NCBI GenBank assembly: GCA_003427395.1
Contig: BFEA01000016.1
Location: 2,002,173-2,062,625, forward strand
Source: Chara braunii
Lineage: Eukaryota > Plantae > Charophyceae
Length of the DNA stretch: 60,453 nucleotides
Direction of reading: 5' to 3'
Position 1 is the stretch's first letter, and every line of letters begins with the position of its first letter. A program made the position numbers and the translations under genes. Under the pieces are notes generated by a model, which searched no databases, had not been told where the DNA came from, and saw only the letters and a list, made by a program, of their open reading frames with translations. Shown in pieces: positions 13,473 through 23,369 of this stretch.

Positions 13473-13484
13473 AAAATGCTACAT
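13473..13484 (+). repeat. Right target-site duplication AAAATGCTACAT
   Basis: Identical to 237-248. Confidence 0.85.
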
Positions 13485-14247
13485 CATCAAAAAACACACT
13501 CACGCTTCTGTCAGTCCGGTTCCTATTTACTCCAGCATCGTGGAGGATTGACTGTCAGTAAAGTAAAACCAAACAAGAGGATGACCAGACACCAGGCTTT
13601 CATCCATCTTCCACCAGTGTTGTTTCAAATCATAGTTCGCTTCTTGTTTCTTGCCACGGCAGGCATTTCAAGATTCGGAGCAGATTGGGTTCATTCTTTA
13701 TACCAACATCATAATTGCATTCAAACAGCTGCAACGGTTCAGTTAGTTTTACAGGTGAGAGCAGGGGCCTATTGCCCTTCGGATCCTCTGTTTACCGCGG
13801 GGTCTGCATTTTTGTTTTCTTTTTCTTTTTTTTTTTAAGAAGCCCAGGTTGTTGTAGAGGTGGGATACTAGACAGATGGCAGTCACCCACAGTACTCGGC
13901 CACTCGGTTGTCCAGATGAACCCCTCTGAAGACCCCACCCACCCTTCCTCTCATCTTTTTGCCCTGGTGCACCCCCACCCCCCCTTATCCTACCCTAGTG
14001 TTAACTACCCAGGACCATCACCCATTGCCATCTTGGCAGGGTGACCTGACCAGATAGCAGTCGCAGGTACCGGGGCTAAGCAGAGACTCCTGGCCCCTGC
14101 TCAGCCCCGGTTGAAGCAGACGCCGTGCAAGCCTGATTGCACGGGGACTTCGGGAGCTAGGCATGAACATGCTACTACAGGTCTTCATGAGGGTGCACAA
14201 TGACTCCCATCTAGCTTAGTTGTGTGGCGACGATAGAGAGTTGGGTA

Positions 14248-14397
14248 TCCTCCGTTCCCTCGTATGTCCCTGGAGCCCGTTCCAGTCTCGCGGTAAGAAT
14301 CCCGAAGTGCAATGGGAACCCTGCCGACATCCCGTACTAAGGAACTGCTCTGCCAGCCTCAATCCTTCGACCACATACTAAGAGGATGACCAGCCCG
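14248..14397. repeat. Unit of an about 197-bp tandem repeat; sister unit at about 15979-16210, separated by element E2
   Basis: TCCTCCGTTCCCTC...CGCGGTAAGAATCCCGAAGTGCA...CTAAGAGGATGACCAGCCC occurs at both sites. CCTA(A/C)GTTACAGTCTGGT recurs at 15980 and 16176. Confidence 0.8.
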
Positions 14398-15848
14398 TGC
14401 AATTTCAAACTGTTTTTGTGACCGCCGTAGTTACCCCATAAAAAAGGGGGCTTTCTCCTGCGCCGAGCACCGAGCGCTAACTTGCGCTACAGACCAGCCG
14501 GCGAGGCCCGGCTGCACTCTGGAGACTAGGGCAGCGGCGACCATCGCTGCTCTTGGTCATCCTAACTGCCCGTTAGGTTGCTTTGACCGAACGACGGTGT
14601 ATGATTCACCTGGCAGATTAGAAGACGGCACGTGGGTGTTTGGTGCGTAATAAGATATATGGCGGCGCTTTGCTTACAAGTGGGGGCGATGGCCTCAGTG
14701 GCACAACTACAACACGATGCGGACGACTGGTTATTCACCATTCAGGAGGGCGGTGTGCGATTGCGAGGGATTGTGGAGGCTATGTCAGCGAAGGGAAGGG
14801 ATTGGCGCGCGGTCGAAGGGGGCGCGACGGCGTTGCTGACCTGGACGGAAAACTCCATGCAGGACATGTTGGAGGTCATTTGGGAACTGGAGGAATGGCT
14901 GGATCCCCGGCTGGAAGACCTCCTTGATTGGCGCCAAGCAAAAACCCTCATGCAGCGGTGTTATGCGATGTTTTGGGAGGGGCAGAATCTGTACGGTGCG
15001 ATCATGGCGCAGGCTTTTATGATGACATCGCCTGCAACAACGACACCGGCGACCGTTTCGTTGACTATACATACATCTGCGGCGGTGACGCCGACAACAA
15101 CGACACCAACAACAATGACAACAACGCCGGCACACGCGATACCAAGGATACAAGCTACATCAGCAAAGGTGTCGACAGGGGCAGTGGCGGCGATGGTGAC
15201 AACAAAGACTTCGATAACAACCACAACAACGATGACACATGTGAAACACGCGACAATAACGACAACAACGACAATACTTATGCCAATGGTGTCAGCGGTG
15301 GCAGCAGAGGTGATGATGACAACAATGACACCGACAACATCAACAATGATGATGACATATAAAACAGTAATGACAACAACGACGATACTTCTTCGATTCC
15401 CCCCCCTAGTGGCAGGGGGTTTTCCTTTGCATTTCCAGTCTTTTGTTGGCCTTCGGATAGGGGTGGGTTAGCTGTTGACTAATGGTATAAGGGGATTGCT
15501 GGCCTGTGGTTCCTGAGTATGATTGCCATGCATTAGAGAGGCTAGCTAGATAGGTTTGTGGTTGATGGTTAAGGACGACATAAGACTGTGGGCTGTTGCC
15601 CCCTACACTAAAAATGAATTGAGATGTGATTTGCGACATATTAGGATTAACATTGCAGCAGGTTAATCCTCCTCTGGTATGGGGGAGCAATCAAAGCCTC
15701 TGCACAGATGATAGATATATTCACGAGCGGTGTCTGTTGGGATGGCCACGTGGGTGACGTGGCCTATCTTCATGTTTGCTATGTTTTCATATCATTGTAC
15801 AGGGACGCTGGACCCGATTTCCAGCAGGTGATGCTCCAAGAAAAAGAA
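14398..15848 (+). mobile_element. Non-autonomous ORF-carrying retroelement, copy E2 (3' end runs into a gap)
   Basis: Hairpin-rich leader, ORF, CAAT hairpin near 15660-15700, tail motif at 15802, then A-rich sequence and an N-gap. Confidence 0.75.
14632..15471 (+). CDS. E2 ORF: unknown helical domain plus Thr-rich (ACA) tail ending LRIGVG*
   Basis: Uninterrupted 279-codon frame. DDWLFTIQEG...WTENSMQDMLEVIWELEEWLDPRLEDLLDWRQ is homologous to E1 and E3. The real start may be an internal ATG (14659 or 14689). Confidence 0.6.
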   Translation: MGVWCVIRYMAALCLQVGAMASVAQLQHDADDWLFTIQEGGVRLRGIVEAMSAKGRDWRAVEGGATALLTWTENSMQDMLEVIWELEEWLDPRLEDLLDWRQAKTLMQRCYAMFWEGQNLYGAIMAQAFMMTSPATTTPATVSLTIHTSAAVTPTTTTPTTMTTTPAHAIPRIQATSAKVSTGAVAAMVTTKTSITTTTTMTHVKHATITTTTTILMPMVSAVAAEVMMTTMTPTTSTMMMTYKTVMTTTTILLRFPPLVAGGFPLHFQSFVGLRIGVG

Positions 15849-16472
15849 NNNNNNNNNNNNNNNNNNNNNNNNNNNNNNNNNNNNNNNNNNNNNNNNNNNN
15901 NNNNNNNNNNNNNNNNNNNNNNNNNNNNNNNNNNNNNNNNNNNNNNNNNNNNNNNNNNNNNNNNNNNNNNNNNNNNNNGCCCTAAGTTACAGTCTGGTAT
16001 CCAACACAGGATGGTAATCTGAGCAGACAATCCTCCGTTCCCTCATATGTCCCTGCAGCCCGTTCCGGCCCCGCGGTAAGAATCCCGAAGTGCATGGGAA
16101 CCCTGCTGACATCCTGTAATAAGGAACTGCTATGCCAGCCTCAATCCTCTGACCACGTACTAAGAGGATGACCAGCCCTACGTTACAGTCTGGTGTCGAA
16201 CACAGGACTTTATGTGAATCGTGCAAGTGACCTAACCTATTGACCTACACTGTGAAATAGTCTGTAGCTGTAGTCTGCGGGGCTCGAGTAAACCTAACTA
16301 TGCAAGCCACCCAGCAGTCTCGTGACAACCCCGTAGACCAAGAACACCAGGATACCCACCATCGCCCAGTCCCCACATACAACAACCATGGACTACCCCT
16401 TGGGTAGTGCGCAGACAGTGTCTGTAATAACTTACCTGCGTCATCCCAAGGGGATGTGTGTCCAGCCGTGCG

Positions 16473-16686
16473 TCATTCGAATGCCCTGCCGGTGTCCATG
16501 CGCAAGGCTGCGGAGTTTTGAACCCGCAACCTCATACCACAATGCGCATTTCCAACAGGTCCTCTAACCACTGAGCTAGTACACTTTTTCATGCCACGAG
16601 CATTCAGACCAGGATTGCAACTTTTTATTATGGCTTGCTCCAGCCTCCAGACAATGTCATTCAATAGCAGAAATGATTCCTATGAA
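16473..16686 (-). pseudogene. Possible GIY-YIG C-terminal remnant (Penelope-like)
   Basis: WRLEQAIIKSCNPGLN resembles the E-x-x-x-I...P-x-LN end of GIY-YIG domains. The match is short. Confidence 0.3.
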
Positions 16687-16687
16687 T

Positions 16688-16860
16688 CACCCCCGGTCAT
16701 GACCGGACCGGGGGCCTTTTTGTGCCCTGCGGACACGGCTGTGACCGGAAGTCGGGCCGCAGCCGGCCAAGCTCCGGCCGTGACTTTGGGGGATATTTTG
16801 GGGGGTCAAAAAGTTTTCAGAAAAAAAAAACAACAAAAATGGTGTTGTAAACTTGTAGAT
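16688..16860. mobile_element. One end of a GC-rich TIR DNA element related to 49321-50195
   Basis: CCCGGTCA(T/C)G(A/G)CCGG terminus and CGGCCG repeats shared with 49321. Confidence 0.45.
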
Positions 16861-16861
16861 C

Positions 16862-17225
16862 TTTTTTTTTTCTTTTCTTTTTTTTTTCTTCTTTTTTCAC
16901 AAGAAACAGCCCGAGTAAGTGCTAGGGGTGCTGATAAGAGCAGACACCACTAGCAAACTCAGGGAGGCTCCATCTATTGGTGGGGAGCAACACCTGCTGG
17001 AAAGCGGGTCCAGCGTCCCTCAACATTTAAGGAAGGGGCATTTTGTGAATCCTAGATTAAACATGAGAGCACACGTAAATCACGCCACATGCCCATCCTA
17101 GATTAAACATGAGAGCACACGTAAATCGACACGCTGGCACACTTTAGCAATTCGATGAGCAGCATTGATTGCCCTCAACCGAGGGGATTAACTGGCCACC
17201 GCAATTTAACATCCTACCCCTAATC
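16862..17225 (-). mobile_element. Complete structured retro-tail with poly(A); probably the detached 3' end of E3
   Basis: All tail modules on the minus strand (16921-17020, 17161-17194), T-rich run 16862-16897, 33-bp local duplication at 17049 and 17095. Confidence 0.75.
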
Positions 17226-17664
17226 TGAATCCCTCATCATCTTCAAAATCGCTCTTGCAGCTCCCGGGGAGGAGGGGCTTTCAGAATGAAGGTTTAGAAA
17301 ATCAATTTTAGCAGAACCATTCGACGACGTCCGGTTCCACCATTTCGATATAGTATGAAGGTTTACTTGCACCCCAACCCCCCACGATCCTCGTAATCCA
17401 CGAATCCACCCTAGTGGGGGGGACGCAACTTAACCAGATTACCTGGATTAACAGCGAGCCGCTAAGTTAATCAGTCAAAACGTGGTCAATCATGCAGGCG
17501 GCCCTGGTTCCAATCATCGCTTCTTCTCCTGCCCCGGCCCCCAATCACACTAGCAGCGCTGACACTTGGCACAATCCTAAAGTGTAAATTCGCCTGCAGC
17601 GCTTGGCGAGGCAGTGAGCAGAGAACTGAGTAAAGCACAGTTGTCCTGTTGCCACGTGGCCAGA

Positions 17665-20375
17665 TGTGATGCGCAACCTCACGCCCTGTGCTGTCTTTCG
17701 TTCGGAATGTTAGGCGTGTGGAAAGAGGCCCAAAAAAACAGCAAGAAGGGGTGTGCCAAGGATTTTTGGAAATTGAGTGCGGGGACACATATGGAACTGA
17801 AATCCCCCGCGTTGGTCCAATGAAGCAAGTCGATTGCTTTCACGCGTCGCGGAATGCGCGCGCGGGCACGGCGCGAAAAGAGAAAAATCCAAATTCAATC
17901 CAAAAAGTATTGTCGGGCTTCCCACCGGGCTACAGCCCGTCGTTTAGAACGGAAAGGCTTTGGCACGCTCCGCGTGTCTCGTTTTCGTATCAAATCTCGT
18001 CGTCGTTCGATGGTCAGTTCCGAGTCCGACGTGAATGGTCTCAGCCACGTGGCTCTTTCTTTATGCTCGTCTTCACTCCGCACACGGTAGTGGAAACCCC
18101 TGGATTCGTAGCGCTCAAAACGCTGGCATTCAGTGCACAGAGTGCGTGGTCAGTGGGGTTCTACTGCCGTCCACGGGATGACGATCAACTCGTTGAATGG
18201 CAACAATATCGAGTAGGGTGGGAAATGCGTGTCGATAATGACAAACCCAGCCTCTACGAACCCTAAACAACGATTGGCCGGAGGGAAGTAGTATCGTCCG
18301 CCGATTTGTGCAACGGCTTCTCGTACGTCCCACTCACATACACGTGTCTGTCCCTCGTTATAGGGAAAAGGCCGTGTTGGGACGGGAGGTACGGGAGGCT
18401 GGTGCCCGATCGGAGGGTACTGGTCAGTCCACATATCCATCAATTGTAGAGACCTTGCGACGTCATCAAAACACTCGCGCAACTCCGAAACAACCTTCTT
18501 CAACACGAGAGAGAAAGAGAGAGAGAGAGCGAAAGAAGACACTTCAGCAGTTCAATTACGCCAACTAAGGGACCGATCCGCGGCTCCGGTTTGGTTAGCC
18601 AGCGCGATGTTGATCCCCGACGCCTTGTTTCTCGAGGCCGCCTCGTGGTTCGACTGTTGATGTCGGACAGCATAAGGCAGATGGCATGCGCAGTGCACTC
18701 AGAGCCACAGATCTAAACACTCTTGCATTCTCGGACAAAATCCCGACGACAATCGTCTAATCAATGCCAAAGAGACGCCCATTTCCATACATTCATTCAC
18801 TGTGGAAGATGCGAAAAATGAGCCATGCACAGGAAAAGATGGATCGCTTGCACAATACACACGCATCCACCGTTCAGAAGACAAGAAGACGGGGTCCTTG
18901 CGCAGGAGGATTACCCAGGAAACTAATGGAAGAGTTCCGGAAGAAGTTCTTTCACGCAAGGAAAGCATACAGATTCATGCTCATCTAGAAGAGGGGAAAG
19001 AGAGAGAGAGAAGCATCGAGGTACATCATCATTCAAAGATAGAGGTAAAGGGGGGAGGTGAAGGGGGGAGAGAGAGTCTAAATAGGAGATGACGCAACCC
19101 AAAAGAAGGAAGTTCAGAGAAAAAGATCCGCAACAACAAAGGCGCATTCGTCGTTAATTCCAATATGGCCCCGGGCCAATAACTCACTCAACTCCAATCA
19201 TCGATCCTCATACCTGCACCGACGATCCCGGCCGCCGCGTGCTAACTCCCGCCACTGTGATCGTCACCCCGCTGTCGTAGACTCGACACGGTTCCCCCAG
19301 ATCCCACAGTCCGTCGTGGCGATCCAGCGCGCAACCGGCCAGCCTATCGTCAGCTCGACAGGACTTTCCGACTCGCATCAAACACTCTGCCTAGCCACTG
19401 CTTCCCGGAAGCTGGCTTGAGAGTCGAGAACGGAAGAAAGATTTGCGGATGCGCTTGCGGGTTTTATAGTTGTGACAGGGGAGATAGAAGGGGGAGAGAG
19501 CGACGGGAAAGCTGAGGTGTAAGAGGAGAAGCAGGAGGAGAAGACTTTGAGAAGAATGCTCTACGAACGCCATGTTGATCCCTCGAAACTCAAGGTTCAA
19601 CCAATCAGATTCGCCGCGCAATAGGAAGGTCCTATTGATCCACGCACCTGATTGGCGAGCGGGAGTTATCGATGGACCGACCGGGTGTCGGGCTCCAGTT
19701 CCAGAGGGTGAGGGGAGAAAAAGGCGCGAGAAGTGGCGCAAGACGGGTCCAAGATTAAGATGATCAAGAAAGGAAAAGGGGCGCGCAGAGAGCAAGGCGG
19801 GAGAGGGAGAGAGAGAAAGAAAATAGTTACGGGGCGAGAGAAAGAGGAGGGAGAAGGGGAAAGGTGCGTGGGAGGGAGCGATGTGGGGGACAGAGAGGAG
19901 AAAGCTTGGCACGCGCGGTGCCGCCAACAAAAACAGAGAAAAAGGCACCGAAACAGTTACAGCCTAATTCAAAATTGAAATCACCATATCCACGCGGAAA
20001 AGAGCGACGCGGGAAAATAAAAATCCTACGCCTATTCGTATTCGCACAAAATTCTGAGAGTTTTCCCCGACGCGACCAAGAACATTCACACACACGAAAA
20101 AGGACACGTCGATGTTCCGCTTATCCCGGAATTCCCAACTGCCGAGCCCAATTCCCAGTGTGTTCGCTAAGGCGCACGTAATTTCCTATGTATTTCCCGA
20201 ATTACAGAAAGGAAAAGCAGAACCCGGGAGTCGAAAAAAAGCTTCCGAAAGATGGGGGCCCAGAAAAAGCGGTACCCAAAATCAAGAAAACGAAACGGGG
20301 TTTTTATGGGGTGGGTATGATACAAGCAAAAAGGGGTACGAAAGATAGCACGGGTTTGGGAAGTGGTTCGTCACA
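17665..20375 (-). mobile_element. Gypsy-type LTR of about 2.7 kb (5' LTR), followed by a short internal remnant at about 17230-17664
   Basis: Minus strand starts TGTGACGAACC like 48143 and 39421. Shares the TATA box, CCACGACGGACTGTGG, CGGGGTGACGA and the GGGCGTGAGGTT end. The following CACGTGGCAA also occurs at the LTR/internal junction near 46610. Confidence 0.8.
18110..18460 (-). pseudogene. LTR-internal ORF homolog with a W-to-stop mutation
   Basis: GFVIIDTHFPPYSILLPFNELIVIPWTAVEPH*PRTLCTEC matches ORFs 50913-51419 and 31945-32226. Confidence 0.7.
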
Positions 20376-20901
20376 GGACAGGAAGCGACGATCCAGCTTT
20401 GTAACTTCCCCTATCCAACCCCCTCTCGCCACCACCCCACTCCTCGTGCCCACACCCCACCTTTCCGTTTGCACATCAACCTAATCTTCTTCACCTCTCG
20501 CCCATCTGTAATCGAGCTCATCACCTCACGATCGATGTCGTTTTTATTACCGTTAATATTGTTGTTGTTGATGAAATCGTCGTAAGGACAAAGATCCAGG
20601 CCTTTACCCCACATTACCGCCCTCCCGCCCCGATCCCATGGAATCGGCGCAGAGCTATCTCGCCCGTACGAGCGGCGCCAATCACTCATGAACATGCACA
20701 GACTCTTTCCCTCTCCATGAAGCCCACCTCCATCCTGCCTGGCAAGGATCGTGGGAGAAGGCTGCTGCATCCTGCAAAAGCCCCCGACCGAATCGTTGTT
20801 GCAAATGTTGCTGGCGTCCTGGATGACTTGGATGCGAACACCATGGTCATCTTCTCGAAGATCACCATCCTCGCCATTTTCAATTTTATAGTCATTATTT
20901 C

Positions 20902-20934
<33 letters not shown>

Positions 20935-21510
20935 CGTTGTCGTTGTTACCGATGTCGTTTTGTTCTTCTCATTGCTGTTGACGGCGCCGCTGAGCGCGAT
21001 AGCAGTGAGATTGTCCATGTTTGTACTGGCGATATTGATAGCGTCTTCGGCGATAGGGTTGATGTTGATTCCGCCATCGATGATATTGTCGTCATCGTAA
21101 TGGCAGCGATCCTCCAGCGCAGCACAGAGATCTTGCCCCTCCTCAAGTTCCCCGTAGTACTGCTGCATAAGGTCGTCCAGTCGTGGCCAGTCAATGCGCG
21201 AACTCTGATGGGGGGGCAGCCCCTCCTCCAACCCCCATGTGATCTCCAGTAGGCACTGTCGCTTACTCAGGATCCATGACAACGACAGGACGCTCGTTTC
21301 GGCAGCCGTCGATCGCAGCTTTGCTACCACCTGGCTTACACGCACCCTGCTCCCTTGGACGGTAGCAAGCCACGCATCAGCCCCCAATTCACCCGAACTC
21401 TCCATCTCCAATCTCCCTCAATTCTCACCTCTTCGTGTATCACACCCCACGTCACACACCCCTACGCACACCTAGCCACACCCCTCCTAACTGGCAACCT
21501 GCTATCGGAG
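20376..21510 (-). mobile_element. Non-autonomous ORF-carrying retroelement, copy E3, cut by the LTR at 20375
   Basis: Same helical domain, AAC tract and G-rich GVG*-type motif near 20411. Confidence 0.7.
20686..21411 (-). CDS. E3 ORF: unknown helical domain plus Thr/Asn tract
   Basis: DAWLATVQGS...WILSKRQCLLEITWGLEEGLPPHQSSRIDWPRLDDLMQQYY...GQDL aligns with E1 and E2. Confidence 0.55.
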
Positions 21511-22769
21511 GTGATACGAGATGGTGTTGTAGATCTTTTTGAGCTCTACAATGCAATATATGTTTTTTTCAATTTACTTTGTTTTCGTTTTTTTTCCCCC
21601 TACAAATCGAAAACTGATTTTCCTGAGGCAAAAGTTGTTTGGCTTTTTGTTTTTTTCAAATTTGGTAAGGAGTTTGGATGTGACCCTGAGGCAAAAGTTG
21701 TTCAGATTACTGACTGTTGCAAGCGTGTGAGGCGACAGGTCCAGGCGACGGCAAGCAGCGGGGGATCGCTAACTCACGCAGTGCAACGCAGGCACTGCAT
21801 GCATGCCAAAACTCGCCGGCGGAATGGCACGGACGCAAGGGGTGTAGCGCGTGTGTGGGCGTGGGATGAGTTGTTGTACCACGAACCTGGCTATGGCTGG
21901 CCTTGGTCGGTGGGAGCCGGCAATCCTCGTTAGGTCGTGAAGGGAAAGAGTTGCATGCGTGGCTGACCGTGAGGCAGGGTTTGCTAGCCGCTAACATACC
22001 ATAAACGAAGCTTGATCAGGGGCTTTGGCCCACTGGTCTCAGATACGTAGTATGGCTGGAGTCGGCGGGATGCTGTTTTCCTTGGAAAAACGATTCTCGT
22101 GGAGAGTCTGCAATGGAGCTGAAGCCGCTGTTTGTTGGAAGACGCATATATGGACTGCTGCGACTCTGGTCTTAGTCCCCCTCGCTATTGTGAAAGTCTG
22201 GCCGACTTCGACACGATGGGATTGCTTCCAGTGAGGTTTTTAACACTTTTGCCTTCAATCAACGATTCCATCTATAGGGAATGCATCTACTGGCCAACTT
22301 TTTCCTCGTTATGATATCCATCTCCAGAGAATGCATCTACTGACCAGTTTTTTCCTCGTCTTGATAGAGGAAAACCTTTGTGTTTGTCTTTTGTTTCTCA
22401 TTACCGGAGTCTTATGTTCTTGGTTGTTTTGGCGGATTGTGGAATTGTTATTCCAAAGTTGGTGTGGGATTCGTTAGTTTTGCTCTTGGTGGTTTCTTAG
22501 GATTTTTCAATTTTTACGTTGTACGTCGCCGCTTTAGACGTAGTTGGTAGCTGTTTGTTTCTTAGTTTTACAGTTATTTTTCTTTTTCTGTTTAAATTCC
22601 GCTGAATTACACCGAATTGCTTGCTGTTCTACTTGATAGCTATTGCTGGGTTTGTGTTTTGGTTGATTGTGTCGTAACGTGGTGAGATGAACGTGGGAGT
22701 GTCGCTTTGCGAAGACCCTGTCATGGTGGGCGGCAGGGTTTTTAGGGGGTTGATGCTAACTGGGGGAGC

Positions 22770-23245
22770 AGTTTGCCCTAAATCGCGAGGAGGTGGGTGG
22801 GTTTGCAGGGTCCTTTGACCCTTGCCGCGCGGCCCCTGCGGCGGTGCGGGTGGTAGGGCACTTCTGCAGGTTCGTTAATGTTTTGGGTTGCGTTCATTTC
22901 CTTGTGAGTGCTTGGGGTTTCTTCTATCATCCTTTTCTTGTGGGACTGGGAGCGTTGCTCCGTACGATTTTCATCATGGAGGAAGGTGACGATCGCACTG
23001 GGGAGTGTATGGGGACGGGGGTGCGGATTACCCTAAATTGCGAGGAGGTGGGTGGGCTTTGCGGGGCCTTTGGCCCCTGCCGCGCAGGAGGTAGGGTTTT
23101 TCGCAGGGTTTGCTGAAACACCATCATGGAGGGAGTTGGTGTTTTAGGGTAGGTAACGTAGGGGGTGGAGTGATCTGCTTTGAATCGCGAGGAGGTGGGT
23201 GGGTTTGCGGGGTCTGTGCTTATAGATCCCTGCCGCGCGGGTGGA
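22770..23245. repeat. Three degenerate tandem copies of an about 60-bp core
   Basis: AAT(C/T)GCGAGGAGGTGGGTGGG...CC(C/T)TGCCGCGC near 22780, 23035 and 23183. Confidence 0.75.
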
Positions 23246-23369
23246 TCGCTGCGCCCCGACATCAACCACGGCGGAGTTCTAAGCTGGAGCAATATCGGGG
23301 CGATGGCAGGAGGTGGTGATCTTCCAGCCGACAATTCCAGCGTGTAGCGCACGCGCAGGGTCTGGAGGC

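Larger units (their letters stand above)
11217..13476 (+). mobile_element. Non-autonomous ORF-carrying retroelement, copy E1
   Basis: GC-rich hairpin-forming 5' leader, helical-domain ORF plus AAC tract, LINE-type tail array, poly(A) at 13463-13476. No RT or endonuclease. Confidence 0.75.

Noticed and set aside
14248-16177. 150-bp direct repeats as LTRs or a TSD of E2
   Set aside because: They are diverged units of a pre-existing ~197-bp tandem repeat with no TG...CA ends, and E2 ends in a LINE tail.
16425-16440. CAG|GTAAGT splice donor suggesting a host exon on the minus strand
   Set aside because: Isolated motif with no supportable acceptor or recognisable host protein.
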